Positions 35,782-44,186 of a stretch of DNA of 64,000 nucleotides are shown piece after piece. The notes under the pieces were generated by a model. That model was not told the origin of the DNA. It saw nothing but the letters and a program-made list of their open reading frames with translations, and did not search any database. How positions within the stretch are numbered: position 1 is the first letter of the stretch; the number at the start of each line of letters is the position of its first letter. Source of the DNA: an uncultured Clostridia bacterium (GTDB taxonomy: Bacteria; Bacillota; Clostridia; Oscillospirales; UBA644); contig CAOJUB010000005.1 in assembly GCA_948443805.1 (NCBI GenBank), positions 8,393 to 72,392 on the forward strand, read 5' to 3'. Position numbers and translations under genes: made by a program.

Positions 35782-36505
35782 TGAGTATGGAAGCAAGGAA
35801 AATCCGACGATCCTTCTGCTGCATGGGGCGGGTGCGCTTGATACATTTTGTAGGCAGTATTGCTTTTCTGATAAATATCATCTTATTGTACCTCATTTAG
35901 CAGGCGCAGGAAGGGCGGCTGGTGAGATTTATGAGCCAGAAAAGACCGTAGAGAAACTTTTTACGCTCATTAAATCCCTACAGAAAAAGCGAATCGGAGT
36001 AATCGGTCATTCGCTTGGAGGTCAGATTGCAATAATGCTTGTCAGCAGACAGCCCGAATTATTTAACTTTGCCGTATTTTTAAGCGCATGGGTAAATCCC
36101 AAGCCGAAAAAAATTAGGATGTACGGTTCTCTTTCGGGATTATCCGCAAAAATGTTGCATTGGAGATGGCTGGTGAAGTTTCAGGGAAAGTATTGGCATT
36201 ATACCAGAGAACAGGCAAATAATATGGCTGAATATTCAAAACAGATTACTCCGCTGGTGTATCACTCCTTCTTTTCCAATACATTGGATTTATCAAAGTT
36301 ATCGGAATATCAAGCAGTAACGGTACCGATGTTGGCGATTTGCGGGAGCAGGGAAGTCAGCGATATGAAAACTTCTCTTGCATTACTTGCTCAAAATTCA
36401 AATTGTCGAGCAATAACATTACAAGGAGCAAACCACGACTTCCCAATGCGCAATGCCAAGCAACTTAATCCAATGCTTGAAAAATTTATATTGGAGTGTT
36501 TATGA
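35771..36505 (+). CDS. Alpha/beta-fold hydrolase
   Basis: Start at the ATG at 35771 (SD AAGAAAGGAAAA). Motifs: ..TILLLHGAGA.. (oxyanion region), ..VIGHSLGGQIA.. (GxSxG nucleophile elbow), ..ICGSREVSD.. and ..GANHDFPM.. (acid/His). Confidence 0.75.
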   Translation: MHYDEYGSKENPTILLLHGAGALDTFCRQYCFSDKYHLIVPHLAGAGRAAGEIYEPEKTVEKLFTLIKSLQKKRIGVIGHSLGGQIAIMLVSRQPELFNFAVFLSAWVNPKPKKIRMYGSLSGLSAKMLHWRWLVKFQGKYWHYTREQANNMAEYSKQITPLVYHSFFSNTLDLSKLSEYQAVTVPMLAICGSREVSDMKTSLALLAQNSNCRAITLQGANHDFPMRNAKQLNPMLEKFILECL

Positions 36506-36867
36506 AACGAGAAACAAAATGGATTTATGTCTTCATATCGTCTGCCATCCTTTCCTGGTATAAAGGCAAACAGTCCTGCAAAGGTATAAATTCTATGCAG
36601 CAGGAATGGCACAATAGATGTTGATTTCACGCGGAGAGCCTTGTCCGATAACGGCTGGTTGTTCAGCGAAAGAAAACTGTTGGACCAGATGTGCGCGGCG
36701 TTTGACAGCGTTTTGGAGATTTATTTCTTTTTGAAGGACGCGCTTCGGCAGAGGGAGCCGGTTTCTTTTTTTAACGGTTCGGGGAAAAATGTCGAAAAAT
36801 GAAAAGTTCGGAAAATCGTAGGAAATATCAATCGCTTTTCTCTTGAAAAATATGGGGTTTTGTGTTA

Positions 36868-37098
36868 ATATAAGGTATAAAAGGAACACACACCTTGATG
36901 GAGTGCGTTCCTCAAGGAAGAATGCCTTTCGGTTCTTCAACCGAACAACGTTTTGCGTTGCCGTCATTCTTCTGGTTCAAAAATTGTGGTATAAAAAGAA
37001 CAGCAAGTTGTTCTTAGGAAAAAAGCGTTTCAACCGTTCGGTTGAAAATCCGTTCCTGATAACCGCTTTTTTCCGGTGCGAAATTTATGGTATAATAA
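36868..37098 (+). repeat. Cluster of promoter-like and hairpin sequence modules (Y'-Z-X-Y) upstream of nagA, related to modules at 53701-53760 and 62490-62660
   Basis: Z: GCCTTTCGGTTCTTCAACCGAACAACG (36924-36950). X: TGGTATAAAAAGAACAGCAAGTTGTTCTTAGG, with the palindrome at 36996-37015. Y: TTTTTCCGGTGCGAAATTTATGGTATAATAA (37068-37098). Confidence 0.6.
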
Positions 37099-37172
37099 CC
37101 TTATGAAACAAGCGGAAAATGGAGATTAAAATTGTATTTTGTGGGGTAAAATCCCAACGGAGGATAAAGAAG

Positions 37173-38312
37173 ATGATTTTAAAAAACGGAACCGTATACG
37201 ACGACAGTTTTGAACCGGTAAAAACCGATATTGCCGTGGAAGGCGAAAAAATTGCAAAGCTTGCGCCCGGACAGGCCGGCGAAGGGTTTGACCTGACCGG
37301 TATGACTGTGATTCCCGGCATGATCGATATGCATATCCACGGCTGCGGCGGCGCCGACGCCGGAGATGCGACGCCCGAAGCGCTGGAAGCGATGAGCCAG
37401 TGTTTGGTTCAGCGGGGTGTTACCTCGTTTTGCCCGACTTCTATGACGCTTTCTTTTGAGGAACTGACAAAAATTTTTGCCAATATCGATGAACAGAAGG
37501 ATAAAGTTGGCGGGGCGTATATTCAGGGGATCAATATGGAAGGACCCTATATTGCCATGTCGAAAAAGGGCGCGCAGAACGCTCTGTATGTAAGAAACCC
37601 TGATAAAGAAGAGTTTAAAAAACTATATGACGAATGCAACGGCGCAATCCGGATTGTGGATATCGCGCCCGAGTGTGAAGGCGCAGAGGAATTTATCAAG
37701 GAAGTTCAGCCCTACTGCCCGGTTTCTACGGCGCATACCGCTGCCGGATACGATGAGGCCTGCAAAGCCATTGAGTGGGGTGTTCGCCATACCACGCATC
37801 TGTATAACGCGCAGAGCGGGCTGACACACCGTGCGCCCGGCGTTGTCGGCGCAGTGTTTGATAATGCGGAGAAATACGGCGTTCGCGCCGAACTGATCTG
37901 CGATGGTTTCCATATCCATCCTGCGGCGCTTCGGATCGCATTCCGTCAGCTCGGGGAAGATAACAGCGTAATTGTCAGCGATTCGATGCGGGCGGCCGGT
38001 CATACCGACGGAGAATATGATCTCGGCGGACAGACCGTTTATGTCAAGGACGGAAAAGCGCTGCTTGCCGACGGCACCATTGCCGCCTCAACTTCCAATC
38101 TGTATGAGGAACTGAAAAACGTGATTTCTTTCGGCATTCCTTTTAAGCAGGCTGTCAAGTCGGTTACTATTAATCCGGCAAAAGCAATCCGCGTTGATGA
38201 CAAGACCGGTTCGATCAAAGAGGGAAAGTATGCGGATCTTTTGGTTCTGGATAAAGATCTGAATATTAAACTGGTTGTTGTGAAGGGCGAGGTAAAGGTG
38301 AACCGTCTGTAA
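37173..38312 (+). CDS. nagA: N-acetylglucosamine-6-phosphate deacetylase
   Basis: Start at the ATG at 37173 (SD GGAGGA). Amidohydrolase metal motifs are present: ..VIPGMIDMHIHGCGG.., ..GINMEGPYI.., ..STAHTAA.., ..THLYNAQS.., ..ELICDGFHIHP.., ..VSDSM... Confidence 0.85.
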   Translation: MILKNGTVYDDSFEPVKTDIAVEGEKIAKLAPGQAGEGFDLTGMTVIPGMIDMHIHGCGGADAGDATPEALEAMSQCLVQRGVTSFCPTSMTLSFEELTKIFANIDEQKDKVGGAYIQGINMEGPYIAMSKKGAQNALYVRNPDKEEFKKLYDECNGAIRIVDIAPECEGAEEFIKEVQPYCPVSTAHTAAGYDEACKAIEWGVRHTTHLYNAQSGLTHRAPGVVGAVFDNAEKYGVRAELICDGFHIHPAALRIAFRQLGEDNSVIVSDSMRAAGHTDGEYDLGGQTVYVKDGKALLADGTIAASTSNLYEELKNVISFGIPFKQAVKSVTINPAKAIRVDDKTGSIKEGKYADLLVLDKDLNIKLVVVKGEVKVNRL

Positions 38313-38516
38313 TTGTATTATCAGTCTGAAAAGGTCTTAACGGAGAAATCGTTAGGGCCTTTTATTTTCATTTCAGGTGGGAATGAAAGATAGCCGAAGA
38401 GGTTTTGCCGCCGGTTTCTTTCTTTTCTTGTGACACATATAATTTCCAAAATATTAAAGATTTTGCCCTTGATTATTCGAGGGAAAAAGTGTAGTATAAT
38501 AAAGGTAGAGCATTGA

Positions 38517-38534
38517 TTGTCAATTTTTTAACAA
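38517..38534 (+). promoter_or_regulatory. Rex (redox-sensing repressor) operator upstream of adhE
   Basis: TTGTCAATTTTTTAACAA matches the Firmicute Rex consensus TTGTGAAnnnnTTCACAA / TTGTTAAnnnnTTAACAA. It lies about 18 nt downstream of a TAGTATAAT -10 box (38491-38499). Confidence 0.65.
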
Positions 38535-38651
38535 TTTAGCTCTTTTATCTGTTCGCGGATATCAAAAAATGCGCTTGGCAAAGGCTTTTCCCATTATTTT
38601 TCTTGTTCCTTCTGCCGTCCCGCATTTGAAAGAAAGGATTGGAATTGAAAC

Positions 38652-41288
38652 ATGGCTAAAAAAGAAGCAGTGAATCTGGTAGACAGCGTCGAGGCTCTTG
38701 AAGCAAAGATTGCTGAGGTACGCCAGGCTCAGAAAGAATTTTCCCAGTATACGCAGGAACAGGTTGACGCTATATTCCTTGCCGCGTCGATCGCCGCAAA
38801 CCAGGCGCGGATTCCGCTGGCAAAGATGGCGGTTGAGGAGACCGGCATGGGCGTCGTAGAGGATAAGGTTATTAAAAATCATTATGCCGCAGAATATATC
38901 TATAATGCTTATAAAGATACAAAGACCTGCGGGGTTATCGAAGAGGACAAGGCGTACGGCATGAAAAAAATTGCCGAGCCGATCGGGGTTGTCGCCGCGG
39001 TTATTCCGACGACGAATCCGACTTCCACGGCGATTTTCAAGACGCTGATTTCGCTGAAAACCCGCAACGGAATCATTATCAGTCCGCATCCGAGAGCGAA
39101 GAAAAGCACCATTGAGGCCGCAAAAGTCGTTCTTGAGGCAGCGGTGAAAGCCGGCGCGCCGAAAGGCATTATCGGCTGGATTGACGTTCCTTCGCTGGAA
39201 CTGACCAATCTGGTCATGAAAGAGGCGGACATCATTCTGGCAACCGGAGGCCCCGGTATGGTAAAGGCCGCGTATTCCAGCGGGAAACCGGCTCTCGGCG
39301 TCGGCGCGGGAAATACGCCGGCGATTATCGATGATACGGCCGATATTCTTCTTGCTGTAAACTCGATTATTCATTCAAAAACTTTTGATAACGGTATGAT
39401 CTGCGCTTCGGAGCAGTCGGTAATCGTTCTTGACAGCGTATATGAAGCCGTCAAGGCAGAGTTTGCTGCAAGAGGCTGTTATTTCCTGAATCCCGAAGAG
39501 ACGGAAAAGGTCAGAAAAACCATTATTATCAACGGCGCGCTGAACGCGAAGATCGTCGGGCAGAAAGCGCATACTATCGCCGCCCTTGCCGGTGTGACCG
39601 TTCCGGAAGATGCCAAAATTCTGATCGGCGAAGTGGAAAGCGTTGATATTGCAGAAGAATTCGCGCATGAAAAACTGTCGCCCGTTCTGGCGATGTACCG
39701 CGCGAAAGATTTCGGCGAAGCGTTGGATAAGGCGGAAAAGCTGGTTGCCGACGGCGGTTTCGGCCATACTTCTTCGGTTTATCTGAACGAAACGACCGAA
39801 CTGGCCAAAATTGATGAATTTGCCAAGAGAATGAAGACCTGCCGTATTTTGGTAAATACGCCTTCTTCGCAGGGCGGAATCGGCGATCTGTATAATTTCA
39901 AACTCGCGCCTTCCCTGACGCTGGGCTGCGGTTCCTGGGGCGGAAACTCGGTTAGTGAAAACGTTGGGGTAAAACATCTTCTCAATGTGAAAACAGTTGC
40001 GGAAAGAAGGGAAAATATGCTGTGGTTCAGAGCGCCTGAAAAGGTTTATATCAAAAAAGGATGTCTGCCGGTTGCTCTCAGTGAACTGAATACCGTGATG
40101 AACAAGAAGAGAGTGTTTATCGTAACCGATAATTTCCTTTTCGAAAACGGATATACCAAACCGATTTCCGATAAACTGGACGAAATGGGAATCGTTCACA
40201 ATACCTTCTCTAACGTTGCGCCCGATCCCTCACTGGCTTCCGCGAAAGAAGGCGCTGCACAGATGGCGGCTTTCAAACCGGACTGCATTATTGCGGTCGG
40301 CGGCGGTTCTGCAATGGACGCGGCAAAGATTATGTGGGTTCTCTATGAACATCCTGAAGTTGACTTCCTGGATATGGCCATGCGCTTTATGGATATCCGG
40401 AAGAGAGTTTATACCTTCCCGAAAATGGGCGAAAAAGCGTACTTTATTGCAGTTCCTACCTCTGCCGGTACCGGTAGCGAAGTAACGCCGTTTGCCGTTA
40501 TTACCGATGAAAGCACCGGGGTGAAATATCCGCTTGCCGATTATGAACTGATGCCGAATATGGCGATTGTCGATGCAGATATGATGATGAACGCGCCGAA
40601 GGGGCTGACTTCCGCTTCGGGTATCGATGCGGTTACCCATGCGCTGGAAGCCTATGCTTCCATGCTGGCGACCGATTATACCGACGGTATTGCGCTCCGT
40701 TCGCTGAAAATGGTGTTTGAATATCTGCCCAGAGCCTATGACAATGGTCCGAACGACCCGGTTGCCAGAGAAAAAATGGCGAACGCCGCAACGATGGCCG
40801 GTATGGCTTTTGCCAACGCATTCCTCGGCGTATGCCACTCTATGGCGCATAAACTGGGCGCTTTCCATCATATTCCTCACGGTGTTGCCAACGCGCTTTT
40901 GATTGAAGAAGTTCTTCGTTTCAACGCTGCTGAAGTTCCTCCCAAGATGGGTACTTTCTCGCAGTACGATCATCCGCATACGCTGGCTAGATATGCGGAA
41001 GTTGCCGATTATCTCGGAATTCCGGGCAAAACCGATGAAGAGAAATTGGAAGGTCTGATTGCCAAGATTGCCGAACTCAAAGAGAGAGTTGGGATCAAGA
41101 GAACGATCAAAGAGTACAACATTGATGAAAAAGTATTCCTTGACAATCTTGATGAAATGGTTGAACAGGCTTTTGACGACCAGTGCACCGGGGCAAATCC
41201 GAGATATCCGCTGATGTCGGAAATCAAGCAGATGTATCTGAATGCTTATTATGGCGACGCTGCCGCAGCGAAACGCAAAGCAAAATAA
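38652..41288 (+). CDS. adhE: Bifunctional acetaldehyde-CoA / alcohol dehydrogenase
   Basis: 878 aa. The N-terminal ALDH domain has ..FDNGMICASEQS.. (catalytic Cys). The C-terminal Fe-ADH domain has ..GGGSAMDAAK.., ..GTGSEVTPFAVITD.., ..HSMAHKLGAFHHIPHGVANA... Confidence 0.92.
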   Translation: MAKKEAVNLVDSVEALEAKIAEVRQAQKEFSQYTQEQVDAIFLAASIAANQARIPLAKMAVEETGMGVVEDKVIKNHYAAEYIYNAYKDTKTCGVIEEDKAYGMKKIAEPIGVVAAVIPTTNPTSTAIFKTLISLKTRNGIIISPHPRAKKSTIEAAKVVLEAAVKAGAPKGIIGWIDVPSLELTNLVMKEADIILATGGPGMVKAAYSSGKPALGVGAGNTPAIIDDTADILLAVNSIIHSKTFDNGMICASEQSVIVLDSVYEAVKAEFAARGCYFLNPEETEKVRKTIIINGALNAKIVGQKAHTIAALAGVTVPEDAKILIGEVESVDIAEEFAHEKLSPVLAMYRAKDFGEALDKAEKLVADGGFGHTSSVYLNETTELAKIDEFAKRMKTCRILVNTPSSQGGIGDLYNFKLAPSLTLGCGSWGGNSVSENVGVKHLLNVKTVAERRENMLWFRAPEKVYIKKGCLPVALSELNTVMNKKRVFIVTDNFLFENGYTKPISDKLDEMGIVHNTFSNVAPDPSLASAKEGAAQMAAFKPDCIIAVGGGSAMDAAKIMWVLYEHPEVDFLDMAMRFMDIRKRVYTFPKMGEKAYFIAVPTSAGTGSEVTPFAVITDESTGVKYPLADYELMPNMAIVDADMMMNAPKGLTSASGIDAVTHALEAYASMLATDYTDGIALRSLKMVFEYLPRAYDNGPNDPVAREKMANAATMAGMAFANAFLGVCHSMAHKLGAFHHIPHGVANALLIEEVLRFNAAEVPPKMGTFSQYDHPHTLARYAEVADYLGIPGKTDEEKLEGLIAKIAELKERVGIKRTIKEYNIDEKVFLDNLDEMVEQAFDDQCTGANPRYPLMSEIKQMYLNAYYGDAAAAKRKAK

Positions 41289-41305
41289 GTGTTTGTTTGA
41301 AACGA

Positions 41306-41338
41306 TCTTGCCGCAGTAACGGCAAGAGGTTGATTTTG
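41306..41338 (+). terminator. Probable adhE terminator
   Basis: TCTTGCCG-cagtaa-CGGCAAGA hairpin 18 nt after the stop, with a weak T-tract (..GATTTT). Confidence 0.5.
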
Positions 41339-41450
41339 GATCCAGACATGACGGTTGATTTGATCCGGGCGGAGAGTTTGTTTGTTCTTCGTCCGGAACC
41401 GACCCGAACTATTTTATATGCCGCTTCCCGGCGGCGGAAAGGACAAATCT

Positions 41451-42200
41451 ATGAAATATGATGAAATTCTTGCGGAACGCAGCCATAAAAAGATTTACCG
41501 TGACGGGGATAAAGTTGTTAAAGTTTTTGACAGCAATTATTCTACTTCGGATATCCTGAACGAGGCGCTCAATCATGCCAGAGTTTCTGAAACGGATCTT
41601 CCCATCCCGGAATTTCTCGACGTGGATAAAACGGAAGACGGCTGGGCCATTGTTACACAGTTTATCGAAGGAAAAACCTTGGCTGCGCTGATGGAGGAAA
41701 ATCCGTCGAAAAAGAAAAGTTACCTGGAAAAGTTTATCGATCTGCAAATGCGGGTTCACAGCAAGCGCGCGCCGCTACTGAATAAGCTGAAAGATAAAAT
41801 GAACCGGAAAATCGAACAGTCTCCGCTGGACGCAACCGTTCGGTATGAACTTCACACCCGTTTGGAGTCTGCTCCGAAACACAATAAAGTTCTTCATGGA
41901 GACTTTACGCCCGGCAATATTATTGTAACGCCTGCCGGAAAATGGTATGTAATCGACTGGGCGCACGCAACGCAGGGCAATGCTGCCGCAGACGCTGCGC
42001 GGACGTATCTTCGCTTCTGCCTGGCCGATGATAAGGAAACTGCCGATCTGTATCTGGAGCTGTACTGCAAAAAGAGCGATACCGCCCGTCAGTATGTTCA
42101 GAAATGGCTGCCGATTGTCGCCGCATCGCAGTTGGTCAAGAATAAGCCTGCTGAAAAAGAGCTGCTGATGAGCTGGGCAAACGTTGTGGATTACGAATAA
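41451..42200 (+). CDS. Aminoglycoside/choline-kinase family phosphotransferase-like protein
   Basis: Start at the ATG at 41451 (SD GGAAAGGA). It has a kinase-like N-lobe (..KKIYRDGDKVVKVF..), the Brenner-type motif ..LHGDFTPGNIIV.., and ..YVIDWAHA... Confidence 0.65.
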   Translation: MKYDEILAERSHKKIYRDGDKVVKVFDSNYSTSDILNEALNHARVSETDLPIPEFLDVDKTEDGWAIVTQFIEGKTLAALMEENPSKKKSYLEKFIDLQMRVHSKRAPLLNKLKDKMNRKIEQSPLDATVRYELHTRLESAPKHNKVLHGDFTPGNIIVTPAGKWYVIDWAHATQGNAAADAARTYLRFCLADDKETADLYLELYCKKSDTARQYVQKWLPIVAASQLVKNKPAEKELLMSWANVVDYE

Positions 42201-42244
42201 AAAGCGGAGTACTTCTGTTGTTTGAAGTTGATTTTCTGCGTATT

Positions 42245-42281
42245 TTTCCGCCGGAATTGTTATTCCGGCGGAAATTTTTTT
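42245..42281 (+). terminator. Intrinsic terminator after the kinase-like gene
   Basis: TTTCCGCCGGAAT-tgtt-ATTCCGGCGGAAA followed by T7. Confidence 0.85.
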
Positions 42282-42475
42282 CGGTGGATGCTGTTTTCCC
42301 GGTTCCCAAAATCAAAAAATAATATTTTCACTTGTCAATTTTTTGCATAAAATATGAATATTTCATGATGGAAACCGTATAAACGGGCATTTTTCTCATA
42401 ACATCATCGGAAAACGGCCTTTGCGTTCAAAAAATTTATTGATTATGAATAAAAAATGAACTAATTGTAACCTTA

Positions 42476-42505
42476 TTGACAAATGCCCTCCTGATTTGAT
42501 ATAAT
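42476..42505 (+). promoter_or_regulatory. Candidate promoter of the DUF4190 gene
   Basis: TTGACA (42476-42481), 18 nt, TATAAT (42500-42505), with a TG extension. Confidence 0.5.
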
Positions 42506-42539
42506 AAAATCACAAAACCATATGATGGGAGGACAAAAA

Positions 42540-42833
42540 ATGGAAAATCAGAAGAACACAATGGCAATTGCCTCTTTGGTTTGCGGCATTGTCAGCCTGA
42601 TCGGAGACTTTATTCCGTTTATCAGCTATTTCTCGTTTATTATCGGTATTCTTGCAATCGTATTCGGTGCAAAAGGCCTGAAGTTTGCAAAAGAAACCAA
42701 TATCGGTAAAGGTCTTGCAATCGCAGGTCTCGTAATGGGTATCATCGCGGTTGTTATGGGCGTTGTTGCGGTTCTCTGCGTAATTTGCGCTGCCGGCGTT
42801 CTCGGCGCTGCTGCTATCGCAGGAAACGCATAA
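42540..42833 (+). CDS. Small integral membrane protein, DUF4190-like
   Basis: Start at the ATG at 42540 (SD GGGAGGA). 97 aa with hydrophobic helices separated by ..GAKGLKFAKETNIGKGLAIAG.., the typical DUF4190 layout. A hairpin terminator follows at 42856-42892. Confidence 0.6.
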   Translation: MENQKNTMAIASLVCGIVSLIGDFIPFISYFSFIIGILAIVFGAKGLKFAKETNIGKGLAIAGLVMGIIAVVMGVVAVLCVICAAGVLGAAAIAGNA

Positions 42834-42927
42834 GTTCGTTACAAACGAGAAAAGGAAATGACATGAGGGGATTCCCTTATGTCATTTTTATTCCTTCCGA
42901 TTCCGATTTTTTGTAAAGGATTTTTTT

Positions 42928-43722
42928 ATGATACCGAATGTTACCGTTTTCGGCCGTTCCCTCAGTTTTTATATGGTGATGGTTCTGGTCGGTATTTTTG
43001 TTGCCGGGTTTTACGCGCTGCGGCAGGCGAAAAAAAGGGGACTGGATGAAATTGATTTTTTATTTACGCTGCTCTGGAGCAGCGTCGGCGTCTTTTTCGG
43101 CGGCCATTTATTATATGCCGTGACCAACTATGAGGCGTTCGGCACGTTTTTATCTTCGTTCGACGAAATCTGGGCGCGGGGCGATTTTCTCAACTATGTG
43201 CTTTTTCTTTTCGGCGGAAGCGTTTTTTACGGGGGGCTGCTCGGCGGTCTTTTTGCCGGACGCACCTATGCGGAAAAGAAAAGGCTTCCGGTGGACGGAT
43301 ATTCCGATATCGCCGCATCGATGATTCCGTTGTTCCATGTTTTCGGCAGGCTGGGCTGTTTTTTTTCCGGCTGCTGTTACGGGGTGGAATCTTCGTTCGG
43401 CTTTGTTTACCGCTATTCTCCTGTGGCGGAGGCAAACGGTGTTTGCCGGTTTCCGGTGCAGTTATTGGAAGCGGGCTGTAATTTGCTGTTGTTTGTTGTT
43501 TTATACTGGCTTCTCAGAAAGGGGTTTCAGCGGGGACGGCTTTTGTACTTTTATCTGATTGCTTACGGCTGCATACGCTTTGCTGATGAATTTTTGCGAG
43601 GCGATTCGTACCGGGGCGTTTTTTTCGGCATTTCAACCTCTCAGGGGATCGCCGTGGCAACGATTCTGGTTTCGGTGATTCTTCTTTTGAAAAACAGGCC
43701 GGTTCAGAAAAAAAATACCTGA
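42928..43722 (+). CDS. lgt: Prolipoprotein diacylglyceryl transferase
   Basis: 264 aa polytopic protein with ..YGGLLGGLFAG.., ..FGRLGCFFSGCCYG.., ..FPVQLLEA.., ..RFADEFLRGD... Confidence 0.85.
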   Translation: MIPNVTVFGRSLSFYMVMVLVGIFVAGFYALRQAKKRGLDEIDFLFTLLWSSVGVFFGGHLLYAVTNYEAFGTFLSSFDEIWARGDFLNYVLFLFGGSVFYGGLLGGLFAGRTYAEKKRLPVDGYSDIAASMIPLFHVFGRLGCFFSGCCYGVESSFGFVYRYSPVAEANGVCRFPVQLLEAGCNLLLFVVLYWLLRKGFQRGRLLYFYLIAYGCIRFADEFLRGDSYRGVFFGISTSQGIAVATILVSVILLLKNRPVQKKNT

Positions 43723-43741
43723 CCGATGACAAAAAAGAAAT

Positions 43742-43781
43742 AAAATAACCGTTTGGTTTTCCCCAAACGGTTATTTTTTTG
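43742..43781 (+). terminator. Intrinsic terminator after lgt
   Basis: AAAATAACCGTTTGG / CCAAACGGTTATTTT stem followed by a T-run. Confidence 0.85.
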
Positions 43782-43956
43782 CCTGAAAACAAAAAGAGTG
43801 AAAAATCGCTATTTTTCATCGGCAGATGTTACAAATAGTTTCTGCTTTTGGAACGCCACGGGAACTTTTCGGAAATTTTCGGGGAACAGCCGATTGTTAT
43901 AATAATAGACAGCAAGGGTTGTAAAACCGCTTGAAAAATAAAAGGAGGCGTTCATA

Positions 43957-44181
43957 ATGACGTATTTTGACGCGATTGCAAAGATTGTTTCGGAGCGTAC
44001 CGGCTGTGACGTTTCGGCAGTGAAACCCGAAAGCAAGTTTTCTGAATTGGGAATTGATTCTCTGGATACCGTAGAACTTCTGATGAGCCTGGAGGATGAA
44101 ATCGGGATTGAGATTGAACTGGATCAGAAAGTGGAAACCGTTGCTGATTTGGATCAGTTTATTCAGAGCAAACAGGGTTAA
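43957..44181 (+). CDS. acpP: Acyl carrier protein
   Basis: 74 aa with the phosphopantetheine site ..LGIDSLDTVELLMSLEDE... SD AAGGAGG. Confidence 0.85.
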   Translation: MTYFDAIAKIVSERTGCDVSAVKPESKFSELGIDSLDTVELLMSLEDEIGIEIELDQKVETVADLDQFIQSKQG

Positions 44182-44186
44182 GCGCC

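Larger units (their letters stand above)
35440..36625. other. AT-rich insert between purL and nagA carrying hydrolase genes (possible horizontally acquired patch)
   Basis: Base composition is visibly AT-richer than both flanks. The insert contains a 5'-truncated hydrolase gene, an intact paralogous hydrolase and a coupled 40-codon ORF. No transposase or flanking repeats were recognised. Confidence 0.45.

Noticed and set aside
36593-36967. 124-aa minus-strand ORF, and a plus-strand frame at 36620-36800 that might be a transposase C-terminal remnant.
   Set aside because: The minus-strand ORF has no SD or motifs. The plus-strand peptide (..GWLFSERKLLDQMCAAFDSVLEIYFFLKDALRQ..) only vaguely resembles ISL3-type transposase segments, and I cannot support a mobile-element call without a database search.
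36996-37015. LexA (Cheo/SOS) box interpretation of the AAGAACA..TGTTCTT palindromes.
   Set aside because: The Gram-positive LexA box is GAAC-N4-GTTC. Here the GAAC and GTTC cores are 8 nt apart, and the downstream genes are not SOS genes.
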